From an uncultured Candidatus Micrarchaeota archaeon (GTDB lineage Archaea; Micrarchaeota; Micrarchaeia; Anstonellales; Bilamarchaeaceae), in assembly GCA_963714085.1 (NCBI GenBank), contig OY970229.1, positions 288,001-352,000 of the forward strand: a stretch of 64,000 bases of DNA, read 5' to 3'. Made by a program: the position numbers and the translations under genes. Positions within the stretch are counted from its first letter, which is position 1. Every line of letters starts with the position of its first letter. The notes under the pieces were generated by a model. The model saw only the letters and a program-made list of their open reading frames with translations. It ran no database searches and was not told the origin of the DNA. Positions 58,401 to 64,000 of this stretch are shown piece after piece.

Positions 58401-61400
58401 GCACGCCACGTACCAGGCGTGATTGCCGTCGCTTATGTTGTTTATCGTGAAGGAGGTCGCGGTGTTGTTCTTCGCAGTGGAGTTGTACTGGTTCGGGGCG
58501 TCGTCAAGGAAGATGGAGCAGTTCGTCGTGCTCTGGTCGTCGGTGAACGTGAAGTTGAACTTCACGGTGGACGAGTTCACGAGCGAGAGGTTGGCCGGGG
58601 AGCTCAGGGTCACGTCCGGGACGCTCGTGTCCAGCGTGAAGGTCCTTGTCGCGCTCGTTCCCGTGTTGTTGACCGGGTCGGTGCAGGATACGTTCCAACG
58701 GTAGACCCCATCGCCGAAGCCGGAGTAGCCTAATTCCGTCAGGGTGCTGTTAGTGGCGGTCGTGGAATTGACGGATACGCCGTTGACTGTGAGGTTGCAC
58801 GAGGCGGTCGTGAAAGTGGCGTCCGTCTCGTTGAAGACGAAGTTCACTGCCGACGTCGAGGCGTTGAGGCCGTCCACCGGGGAGACGAGGAGCACGGTCG
58901 GGGGCGTGGTGACCACGGTGAAGCTCCTGGTCGCGCTCGTGTTCGTATTGTTGGCTGGATTGGTGCAGGAGACGTTCCAATAATATGTCCCCTGGCTCAG
59001 GCCGGAGTAACCGATGGTCGTGGGCGTGTTGTTCAATGCTGTCGTCGAGTTGCGGACCGTGCCGTTGATGGTGAGGCTGCACGAGGCGTTCGTGAAGACG
59101 ACGTCTGTCGCGTTGAAGCTGAAGTTCAACGACGTCGCGGAGGTATTGAAACCATCTACCGGCGAGTTGAGGACCACGGACGGGGCGCTGGTGACGACCC
59201 GGAAGTTCCAGGCCGCGCTGATGTTCGTATTGTTGGCATTATCAGTGCAGTTGACGTACCAGGTGTGGGGGCCGTCGCTTATGCCGCTGATTATGAAGAT
59301 GAATAGGACGTTGTTCGCGACTGAGTAGTTGGTCTGGTTCAGGGCGTTGTCCAGGTATATCGAGCAGCTCATCGCCGGGGCGAGATTGTCCGTCGGAGTG
59401 AAGCTGAAGTCGACTGATGACGAGCTGGTTACAGATTGGTTGGCCGGCGAGAACAGGTTAACGGCCGGGGGCGTCGTGTCCACCGTGAAGGTCCTGGGGA
59501 TGCTTGTGCCGTTGTTGCTGGCTCCGTCGGTGCAGGAGACGCTCCAGCTGTGGACACCCTGGCTCAGGCCGGAGTAGCCCAGCGTGGTCAGGCTGCCGTT
59601 CGTCGCCGTGGTGGAGTTGACCGATGTACCGTTGATGTTGAGGCTGCATGAGACGTTCGTGAAGAACGGGTCGGTCTCGTTGAACGTGAAGCTCAATGAC
59701 GTCTGCGAGGTGCTCAGGCCGTCGACCGGGGAGACGAGCACCACGGTCGGACCGGTGCTGGTGATTGTGAAGTTCCTTGTGGCGCTCGTGCCGGTGTTGG
59801 GGGCGGCGTCGGTGCAGGAGACGCTCCAGCTATGCGGTCCGGCGACCAGTCCCGAATCGCCTAATATAGCGGGGGTGTTGTTCGTCGCCGTGGTGGAGTT
59901 GACCGATGTGCCGTCCACGATGAGGCTGCATGATGCGTTCGTGTAGACCGGGTCGGTCTCGGTGAAGTTGAAATTGATCGCAGTCGCGGAGGTGATGTTG
60001 TTGTTGGCCGGGTAGTTGAGGGCCACGGTCGGGCCGGTTGTCACGATCGTGAAGCTGTTCGTCGCGCTCGGGCCGGTGTTACCAGTGAAGTCGGTGCACG
60101 TCACGTACCAGGAGTGGCTCCCGTCGCCTATGCCGCTGATAAGGAATATGGTCGCGGTGTTGTTGGATGTCGAGGGGTTTATCAGGTCCAGGTCGCCATC
60201 GATGAAGAGGGAGCAGCTCATCTTCTGGGCAAGGTTGTCCGTCGCAGTGAAGTTGAAGGAGACCGACGATGAATTGACCGGCGAGCCGTTGGCTGGCGAG
60301 CGGAGGGTCACGTTCGGCGCTATCGTGTCCACCGTGAAGCTCCTGGTCCCGCTTGCGCCCGTGTTATTGGCCGGATCCATGCAGGAGACGTTCCAGCTGT
60401 GGGCCCCCTGGCTCAGGCCGGAGTAGCCTAAGGAAGTCAGGCTGCCGTTCGTCGCCGTGGTCGAGTTGACCACCGAGCCGTCCACGGTGAGGTTGCACAA
60501 TGCGGTCGCGAAGACGCCGGTCTCGTTGAAGGCGAAGTTGACCGCCGTGGCCGAGATATTGACGCCGCTGGCCGGGGAGACGAGCACGACTGTCGGGATC
60601 GCGACTGCGATGGTGAAGCTCCTGGTCGCGCTCGTGTTCGTATTGTTGGCCGCATCGGTGCAGGAGACGTTCCAGTAGTGGGTGCCGTCGCCCAGGTTGG
60701 AGTAGCCCAGGGTGGTCAGGCTGCTGTTCGTCGCCGTGGTGGAGTTGACCGGTGCGCCGTCGATGTTGAGGCTGCATGAGGCGTTAGTGAAGAGCGGGTC
60801 CGTCTCGTTGAATGTGAAGTTCAATGACGTCGACGAGGTGTTGAAACCGTTGACAGGCGATTTGAGGAGCACGGTCGGGGCAGTGGTGAAGACGCTGAAG
60901 TTCCATGTCTGGCTGGTGCCCGTGTTGTTGGCATTGTCAGTGCATTGGACGTACCAGGTGTGGTTGCCGTCGCTTATGCCGCTGATTGTGAAGATGGCCG
61001 GCGTGTTGTTCATCACCGAGGAGTTGGTCTGGTTCAGGACGTTGTCCAGGAAAATCGAGCAGTTGGTCGCCGGAGCCAGGTTGTCCGTCGGAGTGAAGTT
61101 GAAGGTGATTGTGGACGAGTTGAGTATCGATAGGTTGCCTGGCGAGTTGAGGGCCACGGTCGGCTGGGTCGTGTCCACCGTGAAGTTCCTGTTAAGGCTT
61201 GAGCCGCTGTTGCCGATGCCATCGGTGCAGGAGACGTTCCAATAATGGGTCCCCTGGCTGAGTCCGGAGTAGCCCGAGGAAGTCAGGCTGCTGTTCGTGG
61301 CTGTGGTGGAGTTGACCGGTGCGCCGTCCATATTGAGTGTGCATGTGGCGTTCGTGAAGAACGGATCCGTCTCGTTGAACGTGAAGTTCAATGCCGTTTG

Positions 61401-64000
61401 CGAGGTGTTCAGGCCCATTATCGGGGTCACGAGGATGACGGTCGGGCCCGTGCTGGTGACTGTGAAGTTCCTGGTCTCGCTCGTGGCGGTGTTGGCCGGA
61501 TCGCTGCATGAGACGCTCCAGCTGTGGGGTCCTGCGACCAGGTTGGAATCGCCTAGGATAGTCGGGGTGTTGTTCATCGTCGTGGTCGAATTCACAGGAG
61601 AGCCGTCCACGATCAGGCTGCATGAGGCGTTCGTGAAGACAGGGTCGGTCTCGTTGAAGCTGAAGTTCAATGACGTCTGCGAGGTGACGTTGTTGTTGGC
61701 CGGGTAGTTGAGGACGACGCTGGGGAACGTGGTGACGACGCTGAAGTTATTTGTCGCGCTGGTGCCGGTGTTGCCCGCCGAGTCAATGCACGCCACGTAC
61801 CAGGTGTGGTTCCCGTCGCTCATGCCGCCGATAAGGAATGTGGCCGGGGTGTTGTTGGATGTCAGGGGATTCGTGAGGTACAGCCCGTTGTCGATGAAGA
61901 TTGAGCAGCTCGTCTTCGGGGCCAGGTTGTCCTGGGCCGTGAAGTTGAAGGTCACCGTGGACGAGTTGAGTATGGACAGGTTGCCTGGTGAGTTTAGGGC
62001 CACGTTCGGAGGGATCGTGTCCACGGTGAAGCTCCTGGTGACGCTCGTGCCGTTGTTGTTGGCCCCATCAGCGCATGTGACGCTCCAGCTGTGGGCGCCC
62101 TGGCTCAGGCCGGAGTAACTTATCGTCGTCAGGGTGTTGTTAGTGGCAGTGGTGGAGTTGACAGTCGAGTCGTCAACGGTCAGGTTGCATGAGGCGCTAG
62201 TGAATACCGGATCTGTCTCTTCGAAGGTGAAGTTGATCGCGGTTGACGAGATGTTGGTGCCGCTGCCAGGATAGACGAGGACCACTGCAGGCCCGGTGGT
62301 GGCTATGGTGAAGCTCCTGGTCTCGCTTGTATTGGTATTGTTGGCCTCATCGGTGCAGGAGACGTTCCAGTAGTGGATTCCATTGGCCAGGTTGGAGTAG
62401 CCTAAGGAAGTGGGCGTGTTGTTCGTCGCCGTGGTGGAGTTTACCGCTGAGCCGTCTATGTTAAGGCTGCACGAGGCGTTCGTGAAGACAGGGTCGGTCT
62501 CGTTGAAGCTGAAGTCCATCTGCGTCGTAGAGGTGTTGAAGCCGTCGGTCGGGTAGTTGAGGACCACGGTCGGAGCCGTGGTGACTACCGTGAAGTTCCA
62601 GGTCGCGCTCGTTCCCATGTGGCTGAAGACGTCAGTGCACGCCACGTACCAGGTGTGGTTGCCGTCCTCTATGCCGCTGATCGTGAAGTTAGTCTGGGTA
62701 TTGTTTGCCACGGAAGAGTTGGTCTGGTTCAATACGTTGTCCAGGAAGATGGAGCAGTTCGTCGTGTTCTGGTCGTCGGTGAACGTGAAGTTGAACGTGA
62801 CTGTGGACGAGTTCACGAGCGAGAGGTTGGCCGGGTAGTCGAGGGTCACGTTCGGGACGCTCGTGTCCAGTGTGAAGGTCCTTGTCAAGCTCGTTCCCGT
62901 ATTGTTGACCGGGTCGGTGCAGGAGACGTTCCAACGGTAGACCCCATCGCCGAAGCCGGAGTAACCCAGGGTGGTCAGGGTATCGTTGGTGGCGGTCGTG
63001 GAATTGACGGATACGCCGTTGACTGTGAGGTTGCACGATGCCGTCGCGAAGCCGCTCGTCTCGTTGAATGTGAAGTTCAATGAGGAGGTCGAGGCGTTGA
63101 GGCCGTCCACCGGGGAGACAAGGAGCACGGTCGGTCCCGCGGTGACTACGGTGAAGTTCCTTGTCGCGCTTGTTGCTGTGTTGGCCGCGTCGCTGCATGA
63201 GACGCTCCAGCTGTGTGGGCCGCCCACCAGTCCCGAATCGCCTAATATAGTGGGAGTGTTGTTCGTAGCCGTTGTCGAATTCACAGGAGAGCCGTCCACG
63301 ATGAGGCTGCATGAGGCGTTCGTGAAGACAGGGTCGGTCTCGTTGAAGCTGAAGTTGATCGAAGTCGAAGACGTGATGTTGTTGTTGGCCGGGTAGTTGA
63401 GAACCACGGTCGGGAACGTGGTGACGACGCTGAAGTTATTTGTCGCGCTGGTGTTGGTGTTGCCCGCCGAGTCGGTGCACGCCACGTACCAGGTGTGGTT
63501 GCCGTCGCTCATGCCGCCGATAAGGAATGTGGCGGGCGTGTTGTTGGATGTCAGGGGATTCGTGAGGTACAGCCCGTTGTCGATGAATAGGGAGCAGCTC
63601 ATCTTAGCGGCCAGGTTGTCCGTGGCGGTGAAGTTGAAGGTGACCGTGGATGAGTTGAGTATGGACAGGTTGCCTGGGGAGTTGAGGGCCACGGTCGGTG
63701 GGATCGTGTCCACGGTGAAGCTCCTGGTGACGCTCGTGCCGTTGTTGTCTGCGGCGTCGGCGCATGTGACGCTCCAGCTGTGGGCGCCCTGGCTCAGGTC
63801 GGAGTAACCTATCGTCGTCAGGGTGTTGTTAGTGGCGGTCGTGGAGTTGACAGTCGAGTCGTCAACGGTCAGGTTGCATGAGGCGGTAGTGAATACCGGA
63901 TCTGTCTCTTCGAAGGTGAAGTTGATCGCGGTTGACGAGATGTTGGTGCCGCTGCCAGGATAGACGAGGACCACTGCAGGCCCGGTGGTGGCTATGGTGA
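49404..64000 (-). CDS. Giant surface glycoprotein 2 (5'-partial, more than 4856 aa): at least 48 Ig-like repeats, Pro/Gly linker, Cys-rich domain, TM anchor
   Basis: Frame open to the window edge; 48 counted W-x-V/I-x-C repeats of ~94 aa; C-terminus nearly identical to glycoprotein 1. Confidence 0.92.
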   Translation of the reverse strand, partial: TIATTGPAVVLVYPGSGTNISSTAINFTFEETDPVFTTASCNLTVDDSTVNSTTATNNTLTTIGYSDLSQGAHSWSVTCADAADNNGTSVTRSFTVDTIPPTVALNSPGNLSILNSSTVTFNFTATDNLAAKMSCSLFIDNGLYLTNPLTSNNTPATFLIGGMSDGNHTWYVACTDSAGNTNTSATNNFSVVTTFPTVVLNYPANNNITSSTSINFSFNETDPVFTNASCSLIVDGSPVNSTTATNNTPTILGDSGLVGGPHSWSVSCSDAANTATSATRNFTVVTAGPTVLLVSPVDGLNASTSSLNFTFNETSGFATASCNLTVNGVSVNSTTATNDTLTTLGYSGFGDGVYRWNVSCTDPVNNTGTSLTRTFTLDTSVPNVTLDYPANLSLVNSSTVTFNFTFTDDQNTTNCSIFLDNVLNQTNSSVANNTQTNFTISGIEDGNHTWYVACTDVFSHMGTSATWNFTVVTTAPTVVLNYPTDGFNTSTTQMDFSFNETDPVFTNASCSLNIDGSAVNSTTATNNTPTSLGYSNLANGIHYWNVSCTDEANNTNTSETRSFTIATTGPAVVLVYPGSGTNISSTAINFTFEETDPVFTSASCNLTVDDSTVNSTTATNNTLTTISYSGLSQGAHSWSVTCADGANNNGTSVTRSFTVDTIPPNVALNSPGNLSILNSSTVTFNFTAQDNLAPKTSCSIFIDNGLYLTNPLTSNNTPATFLIGGMSDGNHTWYVACIDSAGNTGTSATNNFSVVTTFPSVVLNYPANNNVTSQTSLNFSFNETDPVFTNASCSLIVDGSPVNSTTTMNNTPTILGDSNLVAGPHSWSVSCSDPANTATSETRNFTVTSTGPTVILVTPIMGLNTSQTALNFTFNETDPFFTNATCTLNMDGAPVNSTTATNSSLTSSGYSGLSQGTHYWNVSCTDGIGNSGSSLNRNFTVDTTQPTVALNSPGNLSILNSSTITFNFTPTDNLAPATNCSIFLDNVLNQTNSSVMNNTPAIFTISGISDGNHTWYVQCTDNANNTGTSQTWNFSVFTTAPTVLLKSPVNGFNTSSTSLNFTFNETDPLFTNASCSLNIDGAPVNSTTATNSSLTTLGYSNLGDGTHYWNVSCTDAANNTNTSATRSFTIAVAIPTVVLVSPASGVNISATAVNFAFNETGVFATALCNLTVDGSVVNSTTATNGSLTSLGYSGLSQGAHSWNVSCMDPANNTGASGTRSFTVDTIAPNVTLRSPANGSPVNSSSVSFNFTATDNLAQKMSCSLFIDGDLDLINPSTSNNTATIFLISGIGDGSHSWYVTCTDFTGNTGPSATNSFTIVTTGPTVALNYPANNNITSATAINFNFTETDPVYTNASCSLIVDGTSVNSTTATNNTPAILGDSGLVAGPHSWSVSCTDAAPNTGTSATRNFTITSTGPTVVLVSPVDGLSTSQTSLSFTFNETDPFFTNVSCSLNINGTSVNSTTATNGSLTTLGYSGLSQGVHSWSVSCTDGASNNGTSIPRTFTVDTTPPAVNLFSPANQSVTSSSSVDFSFTPTDNLAPAMSCSIYLDNALNQTNYSVANNVLFIFIISGISDGPHTWYVNCTDNANNTNISAAWNFRVVTSAPSVVLNSPVDGFNTSATSLNFSFNATDVVFTNASCSLTINGTVRNSTTALNNTPTTIGYSGLSQGTYYWNVSCTNPANNTNTSATRSFTVVTTPPTVLLVSPVDGLNASTSAVNFVFNETDATFTTASCNLTVNGVSVNSTTATNSTLTELGYSGFGDGVYRWNVSCTDPVNNTGTSATRTFTLDTSVPDVTLSSPANLSLVNSSTVKFNFTFTDDQSTTNCSIFLDDAPNQYNSTAKNNTATSFTINNISDGNHAWYVACTDVFNHTGTSPAWNFTIVTTAPTVVLDTPADSNITTATSINFSFTETDPVFTNASCSLMINGTVRNSTTASNNTPVTLGYSGLSDGTYHWNVSCTDSANNTNSSATRSFTIVTAGPNVVLVSPINGLNTSSTALDFIFNETDPFYATASCNLTIDGSFRSSAVALNSSLTTVSYSLGEGVHYWNISCADAIGNAATSATRRFTVDTTEPFVSLNSPANLSLFNSSTVAFNFTETDNLDPTANCTISIDHTPIKFNSSVLNNTPTVLTVTNIHDGSHDWDVECTDNVNNTGESELRNFSVVSTAPTVTLVSPANGLNITATAVNFTFNETDPVFTNASCSLIVDGSVRNSTTAANGSLTSLGHSGLADGNHNWSVYCTNAANNTNTSATWNFTIITSAPTVTLVSPINGLNTSSTALSFSFNETDPVYASAVCNLTINGASVNSTTANNSTVTTMGYTVPAQGAYAWNVTCTDSAGNTNTSLTRNFTVDTTAPSISLNSPYNMSTVNSPSASFNFTATDNLAQKMSCSLFLDSHLNRTNSSVSNNTATILNVSGMADGPHTWYVNCTDNANNTNISATWNFSVVTSVPSVALNSPANNSIASTRSLNFSFNETDPVYPNASCSLIVNGTAVNTVIAYNNTPATLGDTLANDGTYNWSVSCKDAANNTNASAAWSFTVTTEAPTVTLASPISGLNTSATQLNFTFSETDPVFANASCNLTINGTVVNSTTAFNNTPATLGYNVTAQGVYAWNVTCADAVGNIGTSSPRSFTVDTTAPGISLNSPYNMSTVNSPSVSFNFTPTDNLAPAMNCSVFLDNHRNVSDATAPNGIPTILSISGISDGNHSWYVECTDPANNTGTSAAWNFTVITTGPSVTLGSPLSGFITSATAINFTFTETDPVYTTVSCNLSVDGSVVNSTNATYNVPATMSDSGIINGSHTWSVSCIDAANNTGASGIWTFTTIVTSPSVFLVSPPNGFNTSATTISFSFNETDPVFTTASCNLTIDGSFRLSTVAQNDTVTNVSYSNLLDGIHYWNVSCSDGTGNANTSVTRSFTVDTTPPVVSLNSPYNMSTVNSASVAFNFTATDNLAQKMSCSFFLDSHLNRTNSSVSNNTATIFNVSGMADGPHTWYVNCTDNANNTALSATWNFSVVSTAPTVVLNSPPNGSVISAKTLNFSFNETDPVYANASCNLSIDGHSVNSTTATNNVPATISDSGLSDGAHNWSVTCTDAANNANTSATWNFTLVTIPPAVLLVSPISGLNTSATQLNFTFNETERFFTNASCNLTINGASVNSTTANNSTVTTLGYAVPAQGAYSWNVTCTDALNNTNTSLTRSLTVDTTAPSVGLNSPYDLATINSSAVSFNFTATDNLAPATNCSLFLDSHLNRTSSSINNTPTVLLVSGIADGAHSWYVNCTDPANNSNASAARSFTIVTTAPTVLLNSPANGNVSTATAMNFTFTETDPVYPAAPCSLIVDGAPVNSTTANNNTPTTLGYSGLADGAHNWSVSCRDAANNANTSATWNFTLISAAPTVASISPSDGFVTSSTQLNFTFNETDHFYTNASCNLTINGASVNSTTANNSTVTTLGYAVPAQGAYTWNVSCTNGAGNTGSSAPRTFTVETAAPTVIPGTPANNTLFNISTVSFNFTALDSLSPTMSCALFLDNLPTGQVAPFTDNNTPTFFSLSGIGDGTHSWYVNCTDPANNSNVSAAWNFRVVTTHPTVVLNSPINGYNTSGYPITFSFNETDPVFTNASCFLYINGYPHYGNNVTAANNTPASISYTLPTYGAYNWSILCTDAAKNSGASPTWNFNIFITGPGVTLNSPFNGTNTSATALNFTFTATDFVPTVYCRLYLGISQVNATYATTGVQTTMGSAVSQGFDTWHVACQNSLFSTNSQTWNFTDDTTPPSISLGSPANLSTLNSSSVSFSFTATDNLAKKMPCSLFIDGSLTQTNFQTANNTLTAFPISNIADGNYTWYVQCTDNANNSNVSAIRNFTVITTAPSVVLNSPYNNSVTAAASLSFSFNETDPVYPTASCNLTVDGHSVNSTTATNNTPATLGDSGISAGPHTWSVSCTDFANNTNTSATWSLTVVIGGPIVVSLSPISGLNTSATALNFTFNMTDLFYTNASCSLMVNGASVNSTTANNSTVTTMGYTVPADGAYTWNVSCTDDGGNTSSSLPRNFTVDTTPPSISLNSPYNLSTLNSSSVYFNFTAQDNLAQKMSCLLVLDDAPNRTNSSVSNNTATVFNVSGIADGNHTWYVNCTDNANNSNVSGTENFTVVTTAPTVSLNSPYNNSATPATSIDFSFNETDPVYPTASCNLTVDGHAVNSTTATNNVPADMGDANLVGGPHTWSVSCKDFANNTNTSATWGFTVATTGPTVILVSPADGFNSSSTQLNFIFNETDPFFPNASCNLTINGAVVNSTTASNDTLTALGYNVTGEGAYTWNVTCIDGAGNNGTSIPRSFTVDTTAPAVSLLSPYNQSLTTAAVAFNFTATDNLASAMSCSLFIDGVPKQTEPAANNTLAVFSVSGISDGNHTWYVTCTDNAGNANTSETRSFNSSSVLPNIALNSPANGAGLTSSAPMVVDLNFTATDAASPTMNCSLYLDGSPNYTDDAFVSGSSDQTSPLVALGRHTWIVTCTDIYGNTNSSAGYVFTISAPAPPPPPPSGGGGGGGGGGGYASGPYTEPSLLLSYVIAPCPSDEVTVTSSTSGVSVKLLLTKPYEGTLYSATTGSDATAVFHLAANGSYEIDGSKQGYRSGINNFTYTTCAAGAPANVTPPVVPPVSPQVNCTADAQCPSTAFCNTTLGVCQSVTSSCGYVENHAWHQYECCADTDCRQGQFCVANSCDVPNITGSNEGPSGEGVILLTVGGLPLANAILQIYGPNATSSQVTTDANGESMLPFQLHGYYTVNVAHGGVSTTLSLNMAVQPPSNSSAQGAVQPPSPGLESYWWMPVLISAAMVLAFLAYEFLTAGRPPRKPWHTRQSPPATPPQNPPPA

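Noticed and set aside
22900..63900. Hundreds of 60-380 aa ORFs antisense or out of frame within the giant genes
   Set aside because: Shadow ORFs from high GC3 and repeated codon patterns; they recur with the repeat period and show no protein-like motifs
23700..64000. Regularly spaced repeated DNA motifs resembling a CRISPR array or DGR template/variable repeats
   Set aside because: Period ~280 bp, degenerate at third codon positions and in frame within coding repeats; no cas or reverse transcriptase gene; no adenine-specific mismatch pattern noticed

Overview
Archaeal genomic window, most consistent with a high-GC DPANN (Micrarchaeota-like) organism; the taxonomy is inferred from gene content only. 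There are three zones. (1) About 1-16.4 kb is a lower-GC accessory island directly downstream of tRNA-Leu(GAG). It holds surface/membrane cargo genes (two lipoprotein-like proteins, a rhomboid protease), a wHTH-Cdc6/Orc1-minimal histone operon, and a type IV secretion-like operon (orphan amino-MTase, two VirB2/TrbC-like pilins, a secreted protein, VirB6-like, PrgI-like, and a VirB4 with a C-terminal PD-(D/E)xK-like domain). It also holds a defence block (RxxxxH/HEPN-like protein, Vsr, Dcm-type MTase, putative REase). No integrase, relaxase or VirD4 is visible in the window. (2) 16.6-22.5 kb carries core genes (Zn-finger, EF-1beta, S13, S4, S11, RpoD, tRNA-Leu), a GT-B-like protein, and an AAA ATPase bracketed by an exact 49-bp direct repeat derived from a decayed tRNA-Arg. 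(3) 22.6-64 kb holds two tandem paralogous giant surface glycoprotein genes, each converging on a tRNA-Arg or its relic. The first is about 8,800 aa once a single frameshift inside a NIDO-like domain is corrected (10 LamG, beta-helices, SUEL-like lectin, 35 disulfide Ig-like repeats, TM anchor). The second runs off the window and has at least 48 Ig-like repeats in strict period-3 order. All calls come from reading motifs by eye; no searches were run.
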